Source of the DNA: Hydrolagus colliei
Taxonomy: Eukaryota
Length of the DNA stretch: 64,000 nucleotides
Direction: 5' to 3'
Assembly: GCA_035084275.1 (NCBI GenBank)
Contig: CM068746.1
Span: 41,292,001-41,356,000 of the forward strand
Shown here: positions 47,198-59,590 of the stretch, one piece after another
Position numbering within the stretch: position 1 is the stretch's first letter
Layout: each line of letters opens with the position of its first letter
The notes under the pieces: generated by a model
Told to the model about the DNA's origin: nothing
Seen by the model: the letters and a program-made list of their open reading frames with translations, nothing else
The model's database searches: none
Made by a program: the position numbers and the translations under genes

Positions 47198-48523
47198 CAG
47201 ACACTTTCCACATGTCTCCCTCTCTCTCCATTTTCAATCTGTTAAGTTCACACAACTTTAGTTATTTCATTTCAATTCCATTCTCCAAAAGTGCAGAGTG
47301 TTTTCCAATTGCCAAAGTTTACCCAACTGGTCTGTTGACTGTTATGTTGTTCCAGACACTGAAGCGTATCCCACGGTTCACTGATCTGCAAGAAACAGCT
47401 GCGTTATTATAACAAATAGGAGCTGCACCATTCCATCCTCCAGCTAAAATGTTACAGAACATTGCTGCTTAATGGGCAGATTTCCTACATTTGATAGCTG
47501 CTGGTAATAACTGTATCTATAAAGGTCTGACTCGATCATGTTTGCAAAACTTTAATTGTTCGGTAACAACGGTGGTTTGCAGGCCAAACTGCTGTAGGAT
47601 CGAACTGGTCCACCGACCTTTAATGTACCATGAGATAATAATAATAATCCTTGCATTTGATATAGCACCTTATTGCTATACGTCCTCCCGATGTGAAAGG
47701 CGCTCTATAAAGGTCATTTTGTTTGTTTGTTTGTGTGTTATTATGTCATCAAAGCACTTCAAATAATATAAATTATAAAATGGATTGACTGTGTATTACC
47801 TCCTGAAAGCGATCTGCCAATCGCCTCACAATCGGGTTCCTGCTTACCGTTCAGTAAACGGAGGTGTGGTGGAGCAAGGAAACTAGTCAAACGTTTTGCC
47901 CTGTCTACGAATCGAACCCGGGTCCCCTCACTAGCTCTGACCACTACACTACAGGGCATACAGGAAGCTCGCTTCAAAATGAAGGCCTGGGTCTAAGATT
48001 GCGGCAAATTCTGAAATGCAAAGTTTCAGGAAATCTACATCAGTTTCGAGTTTCTACCCCTGAATGTCGGACTCATTTTTGCTCTCTCCAGCTGCACCTT
48101 GGCTTTGCTCAAGCTAATATTTAAGTCTGTTGTTCGCTGTCTCGCTGACCTTCTGTTGCCAGGTGACAGTTCTGCCGAGAGACACAGAAACTTCTCTTCC
48201 CTGGTGTGTTACCCTTGTATTGTGCAAGACCATATCTGAATGTTAACTAAGCGTTCACATGGTAGAGTGCGTATAAATGCTACACTGAAGGATCATACAT
48301 AAATCTACAAACTCTAAATTTCACAATTCTTCAACCCACCAATTTAGTATCTTTAAGAAACTGAGATGAATTATTCTCCTTATCTCAAAACCCAATGTAT
48401 ATATATATATATATATATAAAAAGCTTGTCTTTGATATCTTTTACATCAACGCAACATCTCAAAGTGCTTCATATGATTGATTTATTATGAAGTGTGGTT
48501 ACAATGTACCACGAAGAAACAAG

Positions 48524-48930
48524 GAACAACAGCTGGCATTTATATAGCGCCCATCTCGCTGGGTAGTGTCCTAGAGAGCTTGACAATGGCAGAGTCAAGC
48601 TGCCGCCAAACAATGGGGTAGGCACGGTCACAAAGAAGGTCTTCAGGCATGACCTGAAGATGGGGAAGGAGCCAGGCAGATGGACACAGGAAGAATGTTC
48701 CAGAGTGTCGGGACGCAGTGGCTGAAAGCGCGTCCACCGATGGTGGAACAGAGGGCAAGAGGGACAGGTAGAAGGCTGGAGCCAGAGGAGCGGAGGCAGC
48801 CGGTTGTGAGTTTGGGTGCAAGTGGATCGGAGATGTAGGGAGGTGCCAGGTCATGAATGGATCTGAAAACAGATGTGAGGATCTTGAAGTTGATCTGTTC
48901 GGCAACAACGGAGCCTGGCTAGAACTGCTG
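48524..48930 (-). mobile_element. L2 3' end
   Basis: aacaacagctggcatttatatagcgcc tail; aaggtcttcaggcatgacctgaag. Confidence 0.8.
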
Positions 48931-48961
48931 TGTTGAGGGTCAGGAAGTTTATTATATGTGA

Positions 48962-49320
48962 TTGCCTCCATCTCCTTTCCCTTCTCCTACCAACCTGTCC
49001 ACTTACTATACTCAGCGGGCTGTGGCTTGTTTAACCCACCTCACCTGCCCCTACCATTGGTGGGCAGACCTTCAGCCATTCTGCCCCCACTCTCTGGAAA
49101 TCCTCTGTAGTTCCTCCGCATGGCCCCATCCCTGCCTTCTTCAAGACCCACATCAAGGTCCTCCTCCTTGACCGTGTTTTTGATCCTTCCCCACCTGCTC
49201 TCCACTCCCCGTAATCCCTACCCTCAGGTCTACAACACTGTAGGACGTACAATACAGCTCCTTAGGATGTCCTCCCTCCCGACGTGAAAGGTGTTACACA
49301 AATGTAATGTTGTTGTTGTT
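48962..49320 (+). mobile_element. L2 3' end
   Basis: ccattggtgggcagaccttcagccattctgcccccactctctggaa..ccgacgtgaaaggtgttacacaaatgtaatgttgttgttgtt. Confidence 0.82.
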
Positions 49321-50110
49321 GAATGGTGGTTTGGAGTCTTTCATGCCATTCATATCTTTCAACCGTTCAAAATTATACCACAGGGAACACAGCCTTTGGT
49401 TAACAGGGAGTGAATGGTTAACGCCGAAAGGTTAACGCATATAAATTGTGTTTTGTTTACCGTGTTGCCATCAGTTCCAGGCAGTTCTGCCGCGGCATCA
49501 GAATGGCGATGGATCATCTGAAAGCCCCATCCAGTATCAGGTAACAATAAAAATCTGAGGTCTAGGTAGCTTAGTGATTAGTGTGCTCGCCTTGCAAGCG
49601 AGACGATCTGGGTTTGATTCCTGGGCAGGGCGAAACCATACGCAAATTTCCTTACTCCGAAAACCTCTATTAACCTGGTAGGAGCCGGATGGTGGGTCGA
49701 TTGGCAGATCAAAGTAAGGAAACTTGCATAAGGCTTTCGCCCCAACCAGGAATTGAATCCAGGTCCGCTCACTTGCCAGGCCAACAATGTCCTAATCAAC
49801 ATGCTACAGAGCTCCACAAAACTATTCAAAGAATGTAAAAATGGTATGAGGATAAATACTGCAAGTATCTCTTTATCAATTGAGATCTCAGCATTTATTT
49901 TACCTTCATCATAAAAACTGACAATCTCCTCACCTCAGCTTATCATAAATGCCACCACCACATCAATTTCCATTTCACAGCCTGCTCCTAATTTCTGCTC
50001 TATGTTAATTGGGTTCCATTGAATTTTTACAATGTATCAATCAACTTTTTGCAGAGGTCAATTTTTTTTTATCGGAGTGAATTATTCCTCTATAAGAATT
50101 CCCACTCATG

Positions 50111-50275
50111 TCATAGAATCATAGAATATTGCAGCACCAGAAGGAGGCCATTCAACCCATCGTGCCTGTACTGGCTCTCCGGAAAAGCTACTCAATCAAT
50201 CCCACTCCTTCGCTCTTTCTCCATATCCTTGTAAATTTTTCAACTTCCAAGTGCCTATCCAGTTACCTTTTGAAT
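50111..50275 (-). mobile_element. CR1 3' end
   Basis: catagaatcatagaa tail, ggaggccattcaacccatcgtgcctgt. Confidence 0.85.
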
Positions 50276-50706
50276 GTTCTTATTGAGCGTACACTCACAA
50301 AGTGAGTGTGCATTTCATAGGGGATCGAGGCAGTCATTTTGCGCTCAGCAATGGCCCGCAAACAGCCGTGGAGCTCGTGACAAACTTTTCCCTGGGGAAT
50401 TGTCTGCAAGGAGACGTCTCAAAGCTCTTTACACAATACCTACTTCATATCGTAAAGTGGATTGACTGTGTATTTTGTTCCAGTCGTTGATCAGTCTCTG
50501 GGTAAAGAATAATGTCCTGGTCTCTGTCCTGAAATGTCTCCTTTACAGCTCTAAACCTATGTTCTCTGTGGGGCAGACAAAAAAGGTATTGAACTGGGTT
50601 TACTCGTTTACAGTATTTAAAATGTTGCACTTTCATAAGGTCCTATCTGAGATGTGTTCTTCTCTCAAGACTGAAGAGCCTTGAGGGTGCCTTATCTTGT
50701 CTATTT

Positions 50707-51005
50707 AGAGTATTGTAGCTCAGCGGTTAGCTTACTTGCCACGCAAGTGAGAGACCTGGGTTCGATTCCTGGCACAGCGGATCCTTGGGCAAGTTTTATT
50801 ACTCCACACTCCTGATAATAATCCCTCAAGGAAAAAAACCAATAATAAATCGGTCGTTCAATCCACAACTGTTCGTAGGACACTGTTGCCGTGTTTCACC
50901 CACAAATCAATTCACTTTACAGTAGCGCTCTGAGATGTGAAACGCTTTGAGATGTCTAGAAGACGCGAAAAACGCTATATCCTATGCAAGGATTATTATT
51001 ATTAT
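50707..51005 (+). mobile_element. Short-form SINE
   Basis: tagctcagcggttag..ggttcgattcctgg..ctccacactcctgataataatccc..gattattattattatt. Confidence 0.88.
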
Positions 51006-52049
51006 TTTGTTGATTTACTTACAAGACTCCACAACTGCAACTCCTTCAGGATTCGCAATCAAAACCAGTTAAGATGAACAAAGTTCACTGAGTTGTGTGG
51101 AACTCGCAAGCCACGAACCCCGATCGCACGATTTCAGCGCACGGTTCCTGACATTATATGCTCACACTGAGTCAGTAAATATTTGCCACCTTGACTGGAT
51201 CTTGTGCTACTGCAGCGCTGCTCAAGTCAGCGTGAAGTACGCAACTCACCATCGCCACGAAGTCACCGGCTGTTCTGGGAAAAATGACCTTTTGTCTTTA
51301 ATCGATGCAGTCGTCCCAATATGGTGGCCGGCGTCTGTCTCTCTACCGCAACACACAACACACGGGAAGCCATCGTGAAATCCATCACAAAACAGGGAAC
51401 TTAATTGACCCAAACCAGCAGCAACAACAACAACAACAACAACAAAATTGCACTTATAGAGCGCCTTTCACATCGGGAGGACCCTTGCACCCTTCACGCA
51501 GGGAAGCATCTCGGAGTGGTGAACAACAGCAGAGTTTAACATGGAGTAGAGTATAGGTTGAACAGTAAAGTTCGTGATGTGAAGGCTGCATTTTGATAGG
51601 GGCAGGCGTGACCTTGTACTTCATTGCCACGTTCCTGTACGATGCCCAGCGGCCAAACGGAGCACAGCTGATGGGAGGCAAACCTTTACTGGAACTTTTA
51701 TCTTAAGGACCAATTTGATTCCCAAAGTATTTAACTCGATGCCAATGAGTTTTGCTGAATGGAAACAAAGCCGTTCAATGAAAAGATTTCATTTCTGCCT
51801 GGCTGCCCTCAGTTAACAGGCTTTCATTCTGCCTGGCACTGAGATCCAAATAAAATATCCAGCTCTTGTGAAGCTACTGATCAAATGGAATCATTACAGT
51901 AACGTCGGCAGCAGAATGCTGATTGAGGCTGACCGCTTTATTGTGTTTATGTGTGAGTCAAAAGAGACAGAAGTTGCTCAGAAATGGTACTTATCAGTGT
52001 TACCTCCCGAGGAAACGTATGTACGAACATCAACAACAACCACCACTAC

Positions 52050-52385
52050 CACTATTTGATACAGCCTCTGATCACGTCACTCTCAAACTGCTCCATAGAA
52101 TATGTTGTAAAAGTGGATTGACAGTATTTTCAGGGCGAAGCACAGAAGCCAATTAAGCACAAACAGCCCACAGTCATGAATTGGGTGACCATTTTCTTTT
52201 TGTGGGGGGAGGGGGAAATGGATTATTGTCCACGGAAAACAATCTATCAACGAGGTTCCTATTTGTTGCTGGATAAGCAGGAGTGCGGAGTGAGGGAAGT
52301 TGTCTAAGATTTCACCCCACCCGGGAATCAAACCCGGGTCCTCTCGCCTGTGAGGCGAACGCACTGATCACTTCATTACGGGACC
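52050..52385 (-). mobile_element. Long-form SINE with the clearest tRNA-Val-like head
   Basis: The reverse-complement head ggtcccgtaatgaagtgatcagtgcgttcgcctcacaggcgagaggacccgggtttgattcccggg resembles tRNA-Val(CAC). Confidence 0.85.
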
Positions 52386-53904
52386 ATTAAAAGAGGGGTA
52401 TGGCGCTCCGACAATTTCTCTGGTGACCTCCCGCTTCTCCCTTGCTCGGCGCCCAACTCCGTCACTGTATGATTCTGAGACGCTATCCTGGATGAAGCGA
52501 GAGGGCCTGGATTTGATTCGCAAAGCGGGATAAAATATTTCCTTAATCCACGCACCTCCTGGCAGAAAATAGAAACACGGTTATCAGTCGATTGGCGGAT
52601 TGCTTTCCCGGGGATAATAATCCCTTGAAAAAAATGGCTGTTTGTGTGACACTGCGGTGCGCAATTGGCTGCTGTGTTTCTCCCACAAAATACAGTAAAT
52701 TCACTTCGCATTATATATTGTGAAGCACTTTGAGATATCTCAACGATAAGGAGCTAGGCCAAATGCAAGGATTGTTATTACTAATATCAAATATAAACCT
52801 TTGCATTTGACAGCGCACCGTATCAAAATTAAGTGAAATCCTCATCATCATTTTACTGTAATAGGAAAAGCATTCGCCCACAATGTTCTCATATTAGCCT
52901 AGAAATGTACAACACCCAAGATAACCATTTGGGCCATCGTGTCCATGCTCACACTTTTAAAAAGATATCCTTTCAGTCCCGTTTACTTGCCCTTTCCCTA
53001 CCTCCCCTTTCAGTATTAATAATTCTGCAAATTTACAGTATTGAAGTCGTTGTGAGGCCTCACGTGTAAAAAGCGTTATGGAAAAGTTATTTTAAGGTTC
53101 CTTAATTGAGAGACTGTGGGAAACAAAGCTGACTATTTGCAGTCAAGATCAGGCTGTGACACCAAAAACAAGGCGTCTGCAAACGCACAAAATGTTCCAA
53201 AGTCAACCAAGATTCTATTTCTGACCTCGGAACACAGAAGGTGGATCATGTCGCACTGTCTGAAATCATATCAGTTTGAACACTGAATGAAGCAAGGCTG
53301 GGAGAAACACACAGGCATCGTTAAACTGCTCTTTATAGGTCAACTTGCACCTCAAAACATGACATTATTCAACTATGTCACATAAAAGAAGAGCATTGTT
53401 TCAGCCATGACAGGATTTATGAAGCATATTTGTCGCCTTAAAATAAGGCAAAATTTTACAAACCTTTGGAATGTCCATTCATTCTGTAAATGTTTCTTAA
53501 CAGTCACAAATTCCACAGCTGCCTGTGTTTCCTCCACGAAATATAGTCAATCCACTTAAACAAAATATTCTGTGAAGCACTCTGATACGTCAATGGCATG
53601 ATAAGGTGCTTATTCAAATGGAAGGATGATTACCTTTATGTTTATTTAAGTATTTACTATTTAATTAATTAAGGGACATTGTTTCATCCACAAAATATAC
53701 TATTACTATGATTGCTATTATTATTCCTGTACACAAGTTGTCTGCCATGTTTGCAAACACACAGTCACTGTACTACAAGGTCAAATTCTGAGCCTTGTGA
53801 AGGTTTGGCCTCATGATAAGGCTTTACATCAAATTGTTGGATTATTATCATTAGATGAAATGATGGAATCGACTTCCTCAACAGGAATGTCAAGGCAGAG
53901 TCAA

Positions 53905-54250
53905 TGGGAACATAGGAACATGAGAAGGCCATTCAGCCCTTCAAGCCTGTTCCCCCATTCTATTAAATCATTGGCTAATCTGCACCTCAACTGAATTTAA
54001 TCCATCTTTGCCTCATATCCCTTGATACGATGCGAAAAGCACTAGATCAAATGCAAGGATTATTATTAATATCATTTACACCTTTATCTAAAACAATTCC
54101 ACCTCAGTCTTGAAAATTTCAATTGATCCATCATTAGCAGAGAGAGTTCCAGATTTCCACTAGAGAGAGTTCCAGATTTCCACTCGAGAGAGTTCCAGAT
54201 TTCCACTAACCTTTGTGTGAAAACGTGCTTCCTGATTTCACCTGCTAAGG
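53905..54250 (-). mobile_element. CR1 3' end containing a SINE tail (about 54028-54068) and a 3x23-bp tandem repeat (54139-54207)
   Basis: ggaacataggaacat tail; unit AGAGAGAGTTCCAGATTTCCACT x3, with one substitution in the third. Confidence 0.85.
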
Positions 54251-54350
54251 GTAAGGGAGGGGATATAGTATTGAGTTACATATCAGCCATGATATAAGAA
54301 AACGCTTGTACAATTCCTCTGCCAGACTGTTTCATTGCTCTGGTTTAGTA

Positions 54351-54690
54351 GAGCTCCTGTTGCTCAGTGGTTAGAGCGCTTGTCTTGCAAGCTGGGGAGA
54401 CCAAGCTGGGGAGACCTGTGTTCGAATCCAGGCAGGTCAGGGCCAAACCTTGGGCAAGTTTCCTTACTCCACACGCCTAATAATAATCCCTCCAAAAAAA
54501 CCACAATAATAAAATTGGTCATTTCAATCCATGACTGTGTGTGGGACACTGCTGTGTGCAATTGGCTGCCGCGATTCGCCCACAAATATATACAGTCAAT
54601 TCACTTTACAGTATATTCTGTGAAGCGCTTTGGGACGTTGATAAAATGTGGAAAGCGCTACATCAACTGCAAGGATTATTATTATATTAT
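54351..54690 (+). mobile_element. Short-form SINE, full length (reference copy)
   Basis: A box tgctcagtggttag, B box gttcgaatcc, a 14-bp tandem duplication at 54388-54415, a 3' stem-loop and (ATT)n tail; possible TAGTA TSD. Confidence 0.95.
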
Positions 54691-55561
54691 AGTATCTTGA
54701 AAACAGCTTTCAACCACTCTCTTCTCTGATCTCATCCAGGACATTAATTTGTGAGAACAAAAAGTTACCCTTTCCTGCGCCATTCCTCCGCCTCAAGGTA
54801 GAAGCTGTCAGCAGCTGTTTGCTTTTCTTAAATCATCTGACTTCTGTTTCCAAACACAAACCTGTCAACCCACTTCCAGATTATCGTTATGAAATATTAA
54901 TTAATTTGATGTAGGAATATGAGATTTGCTTTAATTGCATGTGACAGCCAACCTCAGATCTGGTTTCTTTCTGTTCGTATCACGTTGTTTGAGCTCAAAC
55001 TTTTATGATTCTACCGTGCAGCGTATTCTGCTCTGATCCCACACGGACATGACTTGGGTTTTTTTTGCCAACCGCACACAAGTATTTTTTCTGTAATTGA
55101 AGGAGCAAGACTAATGGCAACACTCCTGGAGCTAAGAGACAAAGAGACAGATAAACTGGTAAGAGATATGTGTGAGGAAATAATCCCCAGCCTGATGGAT
55201 GGTAGACTTCTGTGCCCTTTGACTTGAAGAATCTGACATCAAATGGGTTTTGGCAAAAAGAAGAACTTCAATTTATATTGCGTCCTTCATTCAGGATAAT
55301 GTCTCGAAGTGCTATTGAAAGATGTTGAATAGGGTGAAGGAAGAAAAGAAGTGGAGGAGTGGGGAGGTAACCATAAGCACGGTTGTAGAGGTAGATATTA
55401 AGGCAGGATTTAAAGATAAATACAGAGGGTACGAGATGCAGGTAGCGAGTTGTACCGTGGATCTCTGCTGATTAATTAATTCCTAGTTTATTAAAATTAT
55501 CATTGGGATCCCTCCTATCAAAGCTACTGTCACACCCTCACATGGTCAAGGCACTTTGATA

Positions 55562-55950
55562 GACATCGTAGCATAATGGTGAGCGGCTTTGCGTCCTCCC
55601 GATGTGAAAGGCGCTATATAAATGTAATTATTATTGATTATCGATAAGCAGGAGGATCCAGGTTTGATTCCTGGGTGGGGCAAAACCTAAGGCAAGTTTC
55701 CTTACTCCACACACCTCCGTTAACTGGAGCAGTAAGTAGGATTCCAGTTGTTAGAGGATTGGTGGATCGCTTTCCCAAAGATTTTTTGTCTCTCAATCCA
55801 GGACTGTTTGTGGGACACTGCATTGTGCCATTAGCTACCATGTTTTGCCTGCAAAATATACAGGCAATCCACTTTACATTATACTATGAGAAACTCTTTT
55901 GATGTCTCAACGACGTGATAAAGCACTGTATCAAATGTAAGTATTATTGT
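55562..55950 (+). mobile_element. Long-form SINE with an L2 tail inserted in the head (about 55592-55637)
   Basis: The head is split by cgtcctcccgatgtgaaaggcgctatataaatgtaattattatt. Confidence 0.8.
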
Positions 55951-56387
55951 TTTTCAAGGCTAATAATCGACTAACAACCAAGTTCCTACTTACTGCTGCT
56001 AAGTAAACAGAGGCATGTGGAGTAAAGAAACTTGCTTAAGGTTTCGCCCGGCTCGGGAATCAAACCTGGGTTCTCTCGCTTGTGTGGCAACTGCTCTAAG
56101 CAGTGCGGTACTCTGTGGGGGGAAACTCCTTGCAAAAATCGTTTTCATCTTATTTCTGAATAAAACAATAACTTTAAAAGTAGCTTCTATTTCTAACTCC
56201 AGCCTTGGTATCAATTCAACATAAGTGAAATTCTGGTCTTCTGAGGACAGAGAGATATCAACTGTCTTCTTGTCTATGACCAAAATCAATGGCTCATTTT
56301 ATTTACTGAATCATGTATTGACTGGATGAGAAAGAAAAGCAGGAGGGAATTCAAGGCAGGGAATCTGCTAGCGGGTGAAAGTATTTC

Positions 56388-56695
56388 AATACTGTAAAGT
56401 GAATTGACTGGATATTTTGTGGGGGAAATGTGGCAGCCAATTGCGCACAGCAGTGTCCTACAAACAGTCATGGACTGAAGTGACAAATTTATTATTATTA
56501 TTTTGTTTTGAAGGAATTATTACCCCTGGAAAAGCGATCCGCCAATCGACTATCAACTGGCTTCCAATTTACTGCTCAGTAAACAGAGGTGTGTGGAGCA
56601 AGGAAACTTGCCTAACCCTTTCACCCTGCCGGGTATCGAACCCAGGTATCTCGTTTGTGAGACGAGTGCTTTAACCACTGAGCTACAGGACTCCA
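56388..56695 (-). mobile_element. Long-form SINE, 3' tail missing
   Basis: Body, CORE-like block and head (gtgctttaaccactgagctacaggactcc). Confidence 0.9.
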
Positions 56696-57406
56696 CAGAT
56701 ACACCAGAAATAACAATGGAAGTATACATTACACTCACTTTCATGTCTTTTAAAACCCTACTATTTTCTGTTTAATAAAGTTGTTCTGATTATATTAAAT
56801 TAGTTACTGCTATTCTGAGACGCTGTAAATTTGTTATACCTTCTCAGAGCACTTAACATTGCATAAAACCATAGAAATTTACAGCATAGAAGGAGGCCAT
56901 TCAGCCCTTCAAAGTTCTAAGAGCAAGGTGTCCATCCAAGCTCACTGCCCTGCCCCATGCCCACACCACTTCAAGCCTCCATCATTCATATAACTGTCTA
57001 CTTCCCTCTATAAAACCACAATGGACCCTTCCAGTTTACTTGGTAGGGCATTGCAGATCCCAACAACATTGGCAAACGTTCACAGTTCTGTACTCTAGGG
57101 ACATGTTTTATTTTGAAACACTGAGAGACTATCCAGGCTTGAAGCAACACCTTGTCCCCGAGTTCAAGCTCAGTGCTTCTGGAGGGTGTCCAGTGGACTC
57201 CATAACAGCCTTCACTTTTCTTGCCCCATTTTATCGTATTAGTAACTCCTCGACCATTTAGAGAGAAGTCAAATGAAAGGCACATCTCACAAAACTGCTC
57301 TGCAGAACTTCTTAAAACATGGCTTTGGGAATTAAATCCCTGATCCTTGTGAAGCAGGGAACAAAGAAAAGTGTCCTTTTTTTGTTGTTGTTTACAGGCA
57401 GCAATA

Positions 57407-58890
57407 CATAGAAACATAGAAAACATAGAAACGTAGAATTTTACGGCACAAAAGGAGGCCATTCGGCCCATCTAGTCTGTGCCGGCTCTTTGAAAAGAGC
57501 AACTCAATCTCACTGCCCCGCTCTCTCCCCATAATCTAACAGACCTATTCTCTCTAAATAAATATCTAATTCCCTTTTAAAAGCTGTTATGGAATCTGCC
57601 CCCACCACCTTTTCAGGCAATGTATTCCAGACTCGAACAACCCACTAAGTGAAAACATTTCTCCTCAGCTCCCCTCTGCTTCGTTTTGAAATTATTTAAA
57701 ATCTGTGACCACGAGTCACTGATTCGTCCACCAGTGGAAACAGTCTTTCCCTATTCACTCTGTCGAAACCTCTCATAATCTTATAAACCTCTATCAGGTT
57801 TATACGATTACTCTCCTCTCAATCTTCTTTGTTCTAGAGAAAATAACCCTAGCCTCTCTTGCCTTTCCTCGTAGCTGAAGTCCCTCATCCCTGGTACCAT
57901 TCTAGTAAATCTTCTCTGCACCCTTTCCAATGCCTTAACATCCTTCCTATAGTGTGGTGACCAGAATTGCACACAGTACTCCAGCTGAGGCCTCACCAAA
58001 GTCTTATAGAGGTTAGTCAGCACTTCCTGACTTTTGTACTCTATACCCCTATTTATAAAGCCTAGTATCCCATATGCCTTCTTAACAGCCTTGTCTACCT
58101 GTCCTGCCACCTTCAACGAGTCACTAACACAAATCCCCAGGTCTCTCTGTTCCTTCACACCATTTAAAATTGTACTATCTAGCCTATATTGCCTCACCTC
58201 ATTTCTTCGCCCAAAGTGTATCATCTCACACTTCTCTATATTAAACTTCATCTCCCATGTGTCTGCCCACTTTACCAATTTGTCTTTATCCTCTTGCAGA
58301 TGGCTACTATCCTCCTCACTATTTACTATTCTCCCTAACTTAGTATCATCTGCAAATTTGGAAACCGTACTCCCTACACCCAAATCCAAATCATTAATAT
58401 ATATTAAAAAGAGCAATGGTCCCAAAACTGATCCCTGGGGGATACCACTGCACACTTCCCTCCAGTCTGAATCCACTTGTGGATTATGGAGCCAGTTGTG
58501 GATCCACGCTGCCACTGTCCCTTTAACGCCATGGGCCTCTACTTTCCTAATAAGCCTCTCATGCGGCACTTTGTCAAATGCCTTTTGAAGGTCCATGTAA
58601 ACTACATCAACTGCGCTGCCCTTGTCCACCCATTCTGTTATATCATTGAAAAATTCTATCAGATTTGTAAGGCAAGATTTGCCATTAACAAATCCATGCT
58701 GGCTGTCCTCTATCAGCCTATATTTTTCTAAGTGAAGATTTATCTTGTCCCTGATTATAGAAGTTTGCCCACCACTGACATTAGACTGACTGGCCTGTCG
58801 TTCCCAGGTTTGTCCTTCTGCTCCTTTTTTGTACAGGGGAGTAACATTAGCAGCCGTCCAGTCCTCTGTGTCCAAGGAAGATTGAAAGAT
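57407..58890 (-). mobile_element. CR1 LINE, 5'-truncated, about 1.5 kb
   Basis: (CATAGAAA)n tail at 57407-57440, 3'UTR hairpin ggccattcggccc, and the RT ORF. Confidence 0.97.
57808..58890 (-). pseudogene. CR1 ORF2 reverse transcriptase remnant
   Basis: SQHGFVNGKSCLTNLIEFF, DLQKAFDKVPH, SGIPQGSVLGPLLFLIYINDL, SKFADDTKL, LVRPQLEYCVQFWSP; no endonuclease, internal deletions and a frameshift near the 5' end. Confidence 0.95.
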
Positions 58891-59159
58891 AGAGACACAA
58901 TGCGAATGCAAGTGAGTTTCAGAAAGTGATTGAGGGATTTGAAAATACATTGGAAAGGAATCGAGGATTATTGTAGCATAGTACAGTACTGTACTTAATT
59001 CCCAGGCAGGACTGAAATCTTAGGTAAATTTCCTTACTGTACTTGGCAGCAACTAGGAACCCAGTTGTTAGTCAATTGGTGGATGCTTTCAAGAGCAATA
59101 CTTTCAAAAAAATGTAATAATACATAGACAAAATATACACAGTCTTTGCTTTGAGACCT

Positions 59160-59590
59160 CAATTCTTCTCTGTCTTTCTGATCTCATTCTTTCTGTTTCT
59201 CTCTCCCCCTCTACCTCATACTCTCTCTTCCTCAATCATTCTCTCTACTCCCTCTCACTCACGCACTCTCTCGCACACACTCTCTCCTTGTCTCACACAC
59301 TCTATTTCACTCCCCTTCTCGCGCCCTCTCACACTCTCTCTATCTATCCCCCTCAAACTCCCTCTCCATCAACCTCACTCCATCACCCTTTCTCAATCTT
59401 CCAACTCTCTCTCTGTTTCTTTCTCTCCCGCTCTCACTCACATTCACAGCCTCCCCCATCACACTCTCTCACAAACTCTCACACCCTCTCTCAATCTCTC
59501 TCTCTCAATTTCTCTCTCTAACCCCCTCACTCACAGAGCCTCTCATTCCCGCTTTCTGATCCCTCCACCCACATATTCTCCCCCTCTCCC
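59160..59590. repeat. (CT/CA)-rich low-complexity tract
   Basis: Strongly pyrimidine-biased TCTC/CTCA repeats. Confidence 0.9.

Noticed and set aside
51563-51691. Second MITE bounded by CAGTAAAG/CTTTACTG
   Set aside because: Only 8 bp of inverted repeat and no TA target duplication.
52316-52385. tRNA-Val gene (and other tRNA-like heads)
   Set aside because: The acceptor and D stems are degenerate and the sequence runs directly into a SINE body.
57808-58950. Functional 380-aa RT gene, retron or domesticated RT
   Set aside because: It is a 5'-truncated CR1 with internal deletions and a frameshift; the ORF start lies in flanking DNA.
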